Of a stretch of DNA of 64,000 nucleotides, positions 27,446 to 36,720 are shown in pieces. Made by a program: the position numbers and the translations under genes. The notes under the pieces are model-generated. The model made no database searches, had not been told where the DNA came from, and saw only the letters and a program-made list of their open reading frames with translations. The DNA comes from Nanobdellota archaeon (lineage in GTDB: Archaea > Nanobdellota > Nanobdellia > Woesearchaeales > UBA583). The stretch spans positions 5,341 through 69,340 of the forward strand of contig JBMCRE010000003.1 in NCBI GenBank assembly GCA_048625195.1. The letters are read 5' to 3'. Each line of letters starts with the position of its first letter. The stretch's first letter is position 1.

Positions 27446-27504
27446 TATAAAATTATAAAGTCAACTTTATAGATTACTATAAAATCATAAAGTTAACTTT
27501 ACAG
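27446..27504. promoter_or_regulatory. Two 27-nt direct repeats, each with an internal palindrome ATAAAGT-nn-ACTTTA, upstream of the ATPase gene
   Basis: tataaaattataaagtcaactttatag (27446-27472) versus tataaaatcataaagttaactttacag (27478-27504), 24 of 27 identical by my count. Confidence 0.4.
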
Positions 27505-27529
27505 TTTTAGTTAAATTTATAAATTTATA

Positions 27530-28855
27530 TTGATATATATAAATATGGAAAAAAATATTATATATTGGAATCCTTGGTGGAACAAGAGTTATGAACCAAA
27601 AGACATTGTTGATAGAATAGAATATAATAATATAAAAAAGTTAATGAATAGAAACGAAAGCATTTTTTTAACTGGAATTAGAAGATGTGGAAAAACTACT
27701 GCGATGTATTATTTAATAGATAATTTATTAGAAGATAATATTCTACCTGAAAATATATTATATATTAATTTAGATGATGAAATTTTAAAATATGAAAAGT
27801 TGGAAGATATTTATCAGAAATACAAGACTTTATTTCCTAAAGTGCAAGATAAAATCTATATTTTTTTAGATGAAGTTCAAAATATAACCGATTGGCAAAG
27901 ATGGGTAAAAAATAAGTATGATTCAAATGAAAATATTAAATTTATTATAACTGGTTCTAAATCTCACATTCTTAAAAGTGAAAGAGAAACATTATTAACA
28001 GGCAGAATGTTTGAAATAGAATTTTTCCCTTTTTCATTTAAGGAAATGTTGAGTTTCAACAAAATAGATTTTTTTAATAAAGTTGAATTAACAAATAATG
28101 AAAATGTGATAAAAAATTCATTTTTAAAGTATTTAGAATATGGGGGATTCCCTGAAGTTCTATTTGAAGAAGATGATGATATGAAGTATTTAATTTTAAA
28201 AGAATATTTTAAAAATATTAGAAATAAAGATATTATTAATTATTTTGGAATTAAACAAATAAAAAAATTTGAAAAATTAACAATATTTTTAATTTCAAAT
28301 TTAGGGAAATATTATAGTGCAAACAAAATAGGTAAAGTAATAGATTTAAGTCCATCAGTTGTAGAAGATTATATTGATTATTCTAATTTAGTATATTTAT
28401 TTATTCCCTTATTAAAATTTGATTATTCTGTAAAAAAACAATTAATTAATCAAAAAAAGATTTATACCATTGATACAGGATTTGTTAATGCAATTTCTTT
28501 TAAATTTAGTGAAAATAAGGGGAGTTTGTTAGAAAATTTAGTTTTTATTGAATTAAAAAGACAAAATAAAGAAATTTATTATCACAAACAAAAAAAAGAG
28601 TGCGATTTTGTAATAAAAGAAGGACTAGATATAGTTCAAGCTATTCAAGTAACTAATCATATGAGTAATGATGATACTCGAAAAAGAGAGTTTGAAGGTT
28701 TATTAGATGCTTGCAAAGCATATAATTTAAAAGAAGGATTAATGTTAACACAAGATGAAGAAGGAAAAGAGATTAGGGAGTTAAAACTAGAGAATGGAGA
28801 AAAAAGAGAGGTTAAAATTATAATTAAACCTATTTGGAAATGGTTGCTTGAGTAA
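27530..28855 (+). CDS. COG1373-type ATPase (AAA_14 + DUF4143)
   Basis: GIRRCGKTT Walker A, FLDEVQNI, ECDFVIKEGLDIVQAIQVT and IKPIWKWLLE. The probable true start is the ATG at 27545 (MEKNIIYW). Confidence 0.8.
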   Translation: MIYINMEKNIIYWNPWWNKSYEPKDIVDRIEYNNIKKLMNRNESIFLTGIRRCGKTTAMYYLIDNLLEDNILPENILYINLDDEILKYEKLEDIYQKYKTLFPKVQDKIYIFLDEVQNITDWQRWVKNKYDSNENIKFIITGSKSHILKSERETLLTGRMFEIEFFPFSFKEMLSFNKIDFFNKVELTNNENVIKNSFLKYLEYGGFPEVLFEEDDDMKYLILKEYFKNIRNKDIINYFGIKQIKKFEKLTIFLISNLGKYYSANKIGKVIDLSPSVVEDYIDYSNLVYLFIPLLKFDYSVKKQLINQKKIYTIDTGFVNAISFKFSENKGSLLENLVFIELKRQNKEIYYHKQKKECDFVIKEGLDIVQAIQVTNHMSNDDTRKREFEGLLDACKAYNLKEGLMLTQDEEGKEIRELKLENGEKREVKIIIKPIWKWLLE

Positions 28856-29042
28856 ATTTAGATTTTATTAAATTTTTTAAATTTATATTTTCTTTTAAAA
28901 TGAATTTATTTTATTTATAAATATTTTAATTCTCAATTATAATTTCAACATCAAACCTTTAATTACCAATTATAATTATATTTCAATTTTTACATTACTA
29001 AATCAAAAAGTATATAAAAACATATATATTAATCAAATACAT

Positions 29043-29969
29043 ATGAATGAGAGAAAAATTATAGGTTTTGGAAAAGCGTCTTATATTATTACTCTTCCTA
29101 ATAATTGGATAAAAGAGAATAAGTTAGAAAAAGGTAGTGTGGTTATAACTAAAGAAATGAAAGATTCTTTGGTTGTAGAGGTTAAAAAAAAAATACCTAC
29201 AAAAGAAGTAGTAATACATTTTGATGATTTACCTCTTAAAATATTAAATAAAAAAATTATTTCTTATTATTTGAAAAATTATAAATATATAAAATTAAAA
29301 GGAGAGAAAGTTATAGAGAGATTAGAAGAGATAAGAATTTTTAAAGAGAAACTATCATCTATTGAAATATATGAAATAGGAAAAGATTACATTATTTTAA
29401 AAGATTTAAGTGATGCATCTAAATTTGAAGTTTATGATTTATTAAATAAAATTACAAATATGATATCTGTTTTATTTGATGAGGTTGTTGATAAGCAAAG
29501 GCATAATTTTATTTCTCAAATTGATTCTAATATTAATAAATTAACTTTTTTATCATATAAAACTATAAATTATAATCTTGATAATATGGTAAAAATTGAA
29601 GAGAACAAACATGCTATACATTTATGGAGAATGGTAACTTCATTAGAAACTATTGGAGATATTCTAAAAAGAATTGCAAGATATTTAAATAGAGATAAAG
29701 AAAATGCTAAAAAATTACAAATTTTAATAATTAGTGTTAAAGAATATTATGATTTTATTATTAAGTTAATAAATACAAAAGCAAATATTGATAATAATTT
29801 AAAATTATATCTTGATAGAAAACAATCACTTTTAAAAGAAATTGAAGAAGGTAAAAATAATTCTAATTCTCATATGAATTTATATTTAGTTGTAACTCAG
29901 TTATTAAAAGATTTAATTGGAAATTTGGATAATGTTGCACTTTCTGTTATAGATATTCATTTTGAATAA
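29043..29969 (+). CDS. AbrB-domain/PhoU-like phosphate uptake regulator (archaeal type)
   Basis: The N-terminal KIIGFGKASYIITLPNNWIKENKLEKGSVV (SpoVT/AbrB) is followed by helical PhoU-like repeats (...LETIGDILKRIARYL...). Confidence 0.6.
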   Translation: MNERKIIGFGKASYIITLPNNWIKENKLEKGSVVITKEMKDSLVVEVKKKIPTKEVVIHFDDLPLKILNKKIISYYLKNYKYIKLKGEKVIERLEEIRIFKEKLSSIEIYEIGKDYIILKDLSDASKFEVYDLLNKITNMISVLFDEVVDKQRHNFISQIDSNINKLTFLSYKTINYNLDNMVKIEENKHAIHLWRMVTSLETIGDILKRIARYLNRDKENAKKLQILIISVKEYYDFIIKLINTKANIDNNLKLYLDRKQSLLKEIEEGKNNSNSHMNLYLVVTQLLKDLIGNLDNVALSVIDIHFE

Positions 29970-30083
29970 TAATTTTTATTTTTTTTAATTTTCAAATATT
30001 TTATAAAAATTTATCCTTAATATGAATTTGTGCTTACTATAAATCAAAACATTTATTAATAATTAACATTTTATATTTTTAAG

Positions 30084-30827
30084 ATGGAATTAGTTTTAGA
30101 AAACCCTAATTTAATAAAAAAAAGTATGGAGATTATCTCTGATATAGTATTGGAAGGTACATTTGTGTTTAAACCTAATTATATTGAACTTGTGGCCTTA
30201 AATTCAAATAATGTGGTAATGGTTATTTTTAGACTTTTAGCTACAAATTTTGAAAAATATAATGTAAAAGAAGAATTTCAAATATCTTTGAGTTTAGAAC
30301 ATTTTAGTGATGTTTTAAAAAGATGTGATGATAGAGCTAAATTAGTTTTAGATCTAGATGATAAATCAAATAAGTTAAAAATAACTTCTATGGGAAAAAA
30401 TCAAAAAACCTTTGAATTATCATTAATAGACTTTAATGATGAGAATTTACAAAAAGTTCCTACTTTAGAATTTCCTGTAAAAATTGTATCATCTTCGAGT
30501 AGTTTTACAAATGCTATAAATGATTTAAACTTTTTAGAAAATGCAGTTAGTTTTAAAGTAAATGAAAAAACTTTTACAATTAAAGGTAAAACTAACTCAA
30601 TGTCAGGAAAGATTGATTTAACTGATGAGATAGATATACAAGCAAAAGAGAAAAAAGAATATAATTGTAGATATTCAATTGAATATTTAAAGAAATTTAT
30701 TAAAGCAGATAAAATTGTAAATACTGTAGAATTAAGTTTTAGTGAAGATTATCCTTTAAAGATAGAGTATAAATTAATAGATAAATTACTTTTAGCATTT
30801 ATTTTAGCTCCAAGAGGAGAAGAATAA
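30084..30827 (+). CDS. pcn: DNA polymerase sliding clamp PCNA
   Basis: 247-aa length, two-domain repeat pattern, N-terminal ...IISDIVLEGTFVFKPNYIELVALNSNNVVMV and C-terminal PLKIEYKL...LLAFILAPR. Confidence 0.8.
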   Translation: MELVLENPNLIKKSMEIISDIVLEGTFVFKPNYIELVALNSNNVVMVIFRLLATNFEKYNVKEEFQISLSLEHFSDVLKRCDDRAKLVLDLDDKSNKLKITSMGKNQKTFELSLIDFNDENLQKVPTLEFPVKIVSSSSSFTNAINDLNFLENAVSFKVNEKTFTIKGKTNSMSGKIDLTDEIDIQAKEKKEYNCRYSIEYLKKFIKADKIVNTVELSFSEDYPLKIEYKLIDKLLLAFILAPRGEE

Positions 30828-30897
30828 TTATATTTTTTTCTATAATTTACATCTTATAATAATAATATTTATAAAATAATATAAATAAGATTTATTT

Positions 30898-33800
30898 ATG
30901 GCAAAAAAAGTTGTTAAAAAAAAAGTTGAAAAAAGTGTCGTTGATAAAAATAAAAAACAAAACAAAAATACTTCTTCAAAAAAACAAGTTAGAAAATCTT
31001 CTGATTTAACAAATAATGAAAAGAAAAGTTTTTTAAAAAATTATAATTCTTTATCTTTGTTTAAAAAAGTATTACCTATATTAGTTATTTTATTTATTAT
31101 GTGGTATGCTTTTTTTATAAGATCTGGACCAATTAATTTAAATGGAATTGATGAGATGGTTGAACAAAATACTTATTCTCAATTAAAAAGTATTATACAA
31201 CAAGATGTAAATAGTCAATATCCAAATTTAAATGATGTATATAAACAAGAAGAGATTGATAAAAGATATAATGCTATGCTTAAGAGTGGTGTTATAGATA
31301 TTCAAGGTCAACAAATGAATATTCAAGATATAGTTGATCAAAATGTAAAAACTATAAAAGATTCTTTTAAGGCAGATAATGGACAAACTTATTTAACTGC
31401 AATAGATCCATATCATTATTATAAATTATCTGAAAATATGTTAAAAAATGGTCATCAAGGAACTTCCCTAAAAGAGAATGAAGATGGAGAATTACAACCA
31501 TATGTTTTTTATAAAAAAGCACCTAATGGTAAATTTATTTCAAAAGATCCTACTTTTCATGTTTGGTTACAAACAAAATTATTACAATTTAATGAAGTTA
31601 AAGCAGATGATAGTCCAGGAAAAAAAATTTCGGCAATATTTTTAATCTCAGCAATATTTGCAATGCTTAGCGCAATACCTTGTTATTTGATTATAAGAAA
31701 ATTCTCTAATGATTTATTTGCATTTATGGGAACTATGATATTTGTAAGTATTGGAACTTTTGTTTCAAGAACTGTTGCTGGGTTTGTCGATACAGATGCT
31801 TATGTAGTATTTTTTCCTTTAACAATATTAGCATTTATATTATATGGATTTACTGCTAAAAATAATGTTGTAAAAGTAATTTTATCTGTTTTATCAGGAG
31901 TGTTTATGGGATTATTCTTATGGGCATGGGGAAATGGATGGTTTATATTTTTATTTATCATAATAGCATTTTTAGGTTATACAATATATGTAATTATAAA
32001 TAATATTATTGGAAATTATTTAGAAGAAAAAAGAGAAGTGAGAACAACTTTTTTAAATGATTTTTTGGTTTTATCTGCTTTTTTAATAAGTTCATTTATA
32101 TTTACTTTTATTATATCAGGTAGAAATATATTTACTCATACTATTAATAAAATTTATGGACAATTAGAGAGTTTAGCTTCTATTTCTCAAACAAATATTT
32201 GGCCTAATGTTTATTCTTCTGTTGCAGAATTAAGTCCTGCTTCATTTAATAAAATAATTAGTTCAGTTGGAGGAGGTTTTATATTTTTTGTTGCTTTGAT
32301 TGGATTATTATTTTTAGCAATGGATTTTAAACATAAAAGTCCTAAACAATTATTATTAAAAAGAATAGTTGCAATTTTGAGTGTTTTATGGTTTATATTG
32401 TTTATAAATACAAATATATTTACTTCAATTAGTGCAAATAATGCATTATTATTTATAGTGTTATTATTTTTACCAATAGGTATTACATTATTATTTTCAT
32501 TGTTTAATGGAAATATTTCTAATAAAATATTTTTAACTATTCTTTTGAGTTCTTGGGTTGCAGGAACTATATATATGAGTTTGAATGGTGTAAGATTCAT
32601 TTTATTACTAGCTCCAGCATTTAGTATTTGTTTTGGAATTGGTATGTATTACAAATATAAAATTATTAATTTTTTTACAACTAAAGAATTTGAATTAAAA
32701 GGAAATATTGGACAACATATTTTTGGAATAATTTATGTATGTATATTTTTTGCTATATTTATAATCTCTGCACATTCTAATGCAATGCAAATATCTAATG
32801 GAACTACTCCTAATTTTGATGATGCATGGTATGGAGTTATGGATGATATAAATGCAAATTCTAGTAAAAGTGCAATTATTACTTCATGGTGGGATTTTGG
32901 TCATTTCTTTGCTGCAATTGCTGATAGAGGAGTTACTTTTGATGGAGGTTCACAGACAACTCCTGCATCTCATTGGGTAGGAAAACTTTTAATGGAGAAT
33001 GATGAAGAAGTATCAGTAGATATATTAAGAATGCTTAATTGTGGAAATAATAATGCTTTTGATTATATGTTAGAAATAACTAATGATGAAACAAGTGGAG
33101 TATTAATAAATAAAATTATTTATGAAACATTTGGAAAATCAAAAGAAGAAAAAATTGATATTTTAAAAAATAATAAATATTTTAAATTTACTGATGAACA
33201 AGTGGACAATATTATGGAAGAATTATATTGTGAAAATCCACCTGAAAATTTTTTAATTACTTCAGAAGATATGGTGTCTAAAGCAGGTGTTTGGGCTCAT
33301 TGGGGTTCTTGGGATTTTACAAAGAAATATGTAAGAGATAATTATAAAAAACAAACTGCTCAAGAAATTTCGGAAAAAATTGATGAAAATATTTCTTTAG
33401 TTGAAACTTATATTGAACAATTAAATAATATTGATTTAAGATCTAAACAAGAAAATATTAAAAAAAATGATTTATTGAATCAATGGTTTGCTCCATATCC
33501 TACATATCTAGGAAATGGAAAATGTGATATAGGAGAGAATATGACACTTAGTTGTGGTATACAAGTCCAATTAAATAATCAAGGACAATTAAATAATGTT
33601 TATGCGACAGATTATCCTGGACAAGTAGGATGTATGCAAACAGATAATTCTAATGTTTTAGTTTGTGGATATGAGTTAGATGTATCAAATGGTAGTGTTG
33701 GTGGTGATGAATCAATTAAGTCAATATTTACTTATAATAATATTTTGATGGCAAATGCTCAAACAAACACAGTTGATACTTTGCACTCAGGAACAGGAGA

Positions 33801-34131
33801 TTTTGATTTTTTAGTTATACCTACAAGTGAAGATCAAGTTACAGCGTATTTTATGCAAGCACCTTTAGGTGATTCATTATTTACTAAATTGTTTTATTTA
33901 GAAGGAATAGGAACTAATCATTTTGAAGAGTTTAGTAATGTTAGAAGTGTAACTGGTGTTGGAATTAAAACTTGGAAAACTGTATGGGAAGTAAATGAAA
34001 CTAATACTTCTTTTGATGTAAATGACTTTAGAATAGAAGAAGATACTATTATTAATGAAAGTGATATTGTTGAAGTAAATAATTCTATTGAATTAAATGA
34101 TAGTGATGTAGAAATAAATATTACTAATTAA
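30898..34131 (+). CDS. aglB: Archaeal oligosaccharyltransferase AglB (STT3 family), long form
   Basis: Multi-TM N-terminal half with AIDPYHYYKL and FVDTDAYVVFFP loops. The catalytic WWDFGH motif (ITSWWDFGHFFA) is present. The C-terminal soluble region is large. Confidence 0.85.
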   Translation: MAKKVVKKKVEKSVVDKNKKQNKNTSSKKQVRKSSDLTNNEKKSFLKNYNSLSLFKKVLPILVILFIMWYAFFIRSGPINLNGIDEMVEQNTYSQLKSIIQQDVNSQYPNLNDVYKQEEIDKRYNAMLKSGVIDIQGQQMNIQDIVDQNVKTIKDSFKADNGQTYLTAIDPYHYYKLSENMLKNGHQGTSLKENEDGELQPYVFYKKAPNGKFISKDPTFHVWLQTKLLQFNEVKADDSPGKKISAIFLISAIFAMLSAIPCYLIIRKFSNDLFAFMGTMIFVSIGTFVSRTVAGFVDTDAYVVFFPLTILAFILYGFTAKNNVVKVILSVLSGVFMGLFLWAWGNGWFIFLFIIIAFLGYTIYVIINNIIGNYLEEKREVRTTFLNDFLVLSAFLISSFIFTFIISGRNIFTHTINKIYGQLESLASISQTNIWPNVYSSVAELSPASFNKIISSVGGGFIFFVALIGLLFLAMDFKHKSPKQLLLKRIVAILSVLWFILFINTNIFTSISANNALLFIVLLFLPIGITLLFSLFNGNISNKIFLTILLSSWVAGTIYMSLNGVRFILLLAPAFSICFGIGMYYKYKIINFFTTKEFELKGNIGQHIFGIIYVCIFFAIFIISAHSNAMQISNGTTPNFDDAWYGVMDDINANSSKSAIITSWWDFGHFFAAIADRGVTFDGGSQTTPASHWVGKLLMENDEEVSVDILRMLNCGNNNAFDYMLEITNDETSGVLINKIIYETFGKSKEEKIDILKNNKYFKFTDEQVDNIMEELYCENPPENFLITSEDMVSKAGVWAHWGSWDFTKKYVRDNYKKQTAQEISEKIDENISLVETYIEQLNNIDLRSKQENIKKNDLLNQWFAPYPTYLGNGKCDIGENMTLSCGIQVQLNNQGQLNNVYATDYPGQVGCMQTDNSNVLVCGYELDVSNGSVGGDESIKSIFTYNNILMANAQTNTVDTLHSGTGDFDFLVIPTSEDQVTAYFMQAPLGDSLFTKLFYLEGIGTNHFEEFSNVRSVTGVGIKTWKTVWEVNETNTSFDVNDFRIEEDTIINESDIVEVNNSIELNDSDVEINITN

Positions 34132-34165
34132 TTTTTTTGAGCTTTTTTCAAAAAGAGTACTTGTT

Positions 34166-34432
34166 TTATATTCTCTCATTCTTTTTTAACTTTGCTCTTT
34201 TTCTTAGTTTATTCATAAATTTTTTTGAATCTTCTATACTACTAAAAGTATTTGCTTCTTTACTATCTAAGACTTTTTTATATTCATCTCTAATTTCTAA
34301 ATTATCAAATATTTTTTTTCTAACTGCTTCTCTTATAAATTCTTGAATACTCATATATCTTCTAGAATCAGCATAATCTTTTGCTAAATCAAAAAAATTA
34401 TCTTGAAATTTTAAATTAATTTGTGTTGCCAT
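34166..34432 (-). CDS. Ribbon-helix-helix (CopG-like) protein
   Basis: MATQINLKFQDNFFDLAKDYADSRRYMSIQEFIREAVRKKI has the beta-strand/helix/helix pattern of RHH antitoxins or regulators. The plus-strand ORF 34137..34346 is its shadow. Confidence 0.55.
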   Translation of the reverse strand: MATQINLKFQDNFFDLAKDYADSRRYMSIQEFIREAVRKKIFDNLEIRDEYKKVLDSKEANTFSSIEDSKKFMNKLRKRAKLKKNERI

Positions 34433-34509
34433 ATATCTTATTGTATCTCTAGATATACAAATTTTTTGGTTTTAATTATTATCTCAATATTTTTTATTTA
34501 TTTAAAAAA

Positions 34510-35262
34510 TTATAATTTTGATTGAATTTCTTCTAAAATTGTATTAAATTCAGGAACAATTTTTATTAAGTATTGCATTTCATTTTTCCAAATTTTTTCT
34601 TTATTTTTAAGTAATGAGATGAATTTTTTTTTATTATATTTTAAATCATAAATTTTTAGTTTTTGATTAATTAATTTTTCATTTAATTGAATATTTCTTT
34701 GAATTAAATAATGCAAATCGTAAATATCTCTTGCTTTATCGCGTGTAAAAATGCATCTTATTTTTTCTGCTAAAATTTCATTTAAAGATAGAACATTAAT
34801 ATAAAATTGTTGAAAATCATCGAAAATATGATAAACTTTTTTCATAACTGGTTTTAAAAGTAAATCATCTCTATGTGAAAAATCAAGTTCAATTCTACAT
34901 AAACTTTCAGGTTTTCCCATATATAAAGGACCTTTAATGAAAATAATATATGATTGAGAATTATTTGTTTCATTTAAGATTTTATATTCGAGTTCATAAG
35001 AATATTTATTGAAAAAAATTTTACTTTGTTTGAGTAATTCATTTAAGTTTATTTGTTTTGTTAATGTAAAATCGAGATATTCTGAGAACCTATCTAAATT
35101 ATAACAAATCATTAATGCTGTACCACCTTTAAAAATTAAATTATTTGGAAAATATTTTGATAAAAAATATAAAAATAATGTATGCATGTAATTTTTTTCA
35201 GTTTGTCCTAAATTCATATTTTTTTCTTTGCTAATTTTTATTAAATCCTTTTTGGTTATCAT
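34510..35262 (-). CDS. AbiEii/AbiGii-family nucleotidyltransferase toxin (DUF1814)
   Basis: TEKNYMHTLFLYFL...LIFKGGTALMICYNLDRFSEYLDFT matches the AbiEii N-terminal signature (eKDy ... FKGGTaL ... RfSeDlDf). Confidence 0.7.
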   Translation of the reverse strand: MITKKDLIKISKEKNMNLGQTEKNYMHTLFLYFLSKYFPNNLIFKGGTALMICYNLDRFSEYLDFTLTKQINLNELLKQSKIFFNKYSYELEYKILNETNNSQSYIIFIKGPLYMGKPESLCRIELDFSHRDDLLLKPVMKKVYHIFDDFQQFYINVLSLNEILAEKIRCIFTRDKARDIYDLHYLIQRNIQLNEKLINQKLKIYDLKYNKKKFISLLKNKEKIWKNEMQYLIKIVPEFNTILEEIQSKL

Positions 35263-35263
35263 T

Positions 35264-35932
35264 TTAATATTTAATTCTCCATTTTTTTGAAATATTTTGT
35301 GTTTCTATTTTATTTGTATTTAATAAAATATAATTTTTATCTTTTTTTATTTGTTTTTCAAAATAATTGTAAATATCAATATTATTTTGTTCAAGTAAAA
35401 ATCCAATTCTCTTAATAAGTGAAATTTTATTTATTTTTTTTAAATAATTTATGATTAATTTTATATTTAATTTTTCTTTTAATAATAAATTTAAATCTAT
35501 TATTGATACTCCTAGATATTGAAAATTGACTAAATCAATTAATAATTTTTCTTTATTTGCGATAAATAAATCAAAATTTTTATAATTTACTTTATTATAT
35601 CCAAAAAAATAATTTTTATTAACTTTAATAAAATTAAAATTTTTAAAAGATTTTTTTTGATTTTGTGTGATAATTGTATGTTTGATTGGTATTTGAGTTG
35701 TTAATCCATAATAATAAAGAGCAGATAAACCACTTAAATAAGATGGAATTGTTATAATCGTTGCATAAATAAGTTCATCGTTATGTAGAGTATATTTTCC
35801 TTTTTCAATTTTTTCAATTTTTTTATTTTTATTAAGTCTTGATAAAACAACTTCACTATTATTTATATTTAAAAAAGCACTAAATTGTTTATGATTGAAA
35901 TATGCAAATTTATTTAATATACTTAAATCCAT
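35264..35932 (-). CDS. AbiEi-like antitoxin/transcriptional regulator
   Basis: Its position is immediately upstream (1-nt gap) of AbiEii. The N-terminal wHTH-like segment (FSAFLNINNSEVVLSRLNKNKKIEKIEKGKY) and the ~220-aa size are typical of AbiEi. Confidence 0.55.
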   Translation of the reverse strand: MDLSILNKFAYFNHKQFSAFLNINNSEVVLSRLNKNKKIEKIEKGKYTLHNDELIYATIITIPSYLSGLSALYYYGLTTQIPIKHTIITQNQKKSFKNFNFIKVNKNYFFGYNKVNYKNFDLFIANKEKLLIDLVNFQYLGVSIIDLNLLLKEKLNIKLIINYLKKINKISLIKRIGFLLEQNNIDIYNYFEKQIKKDKNYILLNTNKIETQNISKKWRIKY

Positions 35933-36030
35933 AATAATTATATATTTTGATTATTTATAAATCTTATGTATTTATACTAATGTTAACAAAATTGTTTAAT
36001 TCAATACATCAAAATAAGAAAAGAAGATAT

Positions 36031-36717
36031 TTATTTAACTTTTTTTAATTCTTTTTGTTCTTGTAATTTTTCTTTTTTATATAAATTTATTAGTTCTTTG
36101 TAATCTTTTTTGTAAATTTTCATTATAGATTTTTTGATATTACAATCTTTAAAAAAAGTATCTAAATTGCTATATATAAAATCATATCCAGATTTTTCTA
36201 GCATAACATATAGTATCATAAGTAATTCTAAATCTTTTTTATATCTTAAATTTTCATTATATTTTAAAATTTCATATTCTATCCAACTTGTAACATAGTT
36301 TCCAGAAATTAATTTAGCAATTACATCTGATAAATATTTATAATATAATTTAAAATCTTCTTCTTTAGGATAATATATTTTACATAAATACATTTTAAGA
36401 AGAGTGTAATCAATCATTATACTTAATTGTTTATCTAAATTTTCTGAGAAAATAGGTTTAATTGCAATAGGATGAGCAATATTAATTACATCTTCATAAT
36501 CCACATATCCACTAAATACTCCTAATCTTTCATCGTGACTTCCTACTTTACTTACTAATTGAGAAGTTACATAATATAAATGAACATTTACATCAAGAGG
36601 TTCTATGTTAAACTTTTTTGCAATTATTTTATTTCTATCTTCTACAATATTTCTAACTTTAAAGTTAGTTTCTTTATCTTCTTTTTTTTCTGGTATTGTT
36701 TTGATTGTTATTCCCAT
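36031..36717 (-). CDS. Hypothetical protein
   Basis: 228-aa ORF in an operon-like arrangement, 3 nt downstream of tatD. No family recognised. Confidence 0.5.
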   Translation of the reverse strand: MGITIKTIPEKKEDKETNFKVRNIVEDRNKIIAKKFNIEPLDVNVHLYYVTSQLVSKVGSHDERLGVFSGYVDYEDVINIAHPIAIKPIFSENLDKQLSIMIDYTLLKMYLCKIYYPKEEDFKLYYKYLSDVIAKLISGNYVTSWIEYEILKYNENLRYKKDLELLMILYVMLEKSGYDFIYSNLDTFFKDCNIKKSIMKIYKKDYKELINLYKKEKLQEQKELKKVK

Positions 36718-36720
36718 TTT

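Noticed and set aside
32211-32600. 129-aa minus-strand ORF inside aglB
   Set aside because: It is antisense to a TM-rich part of a clearly recognisable AglB.
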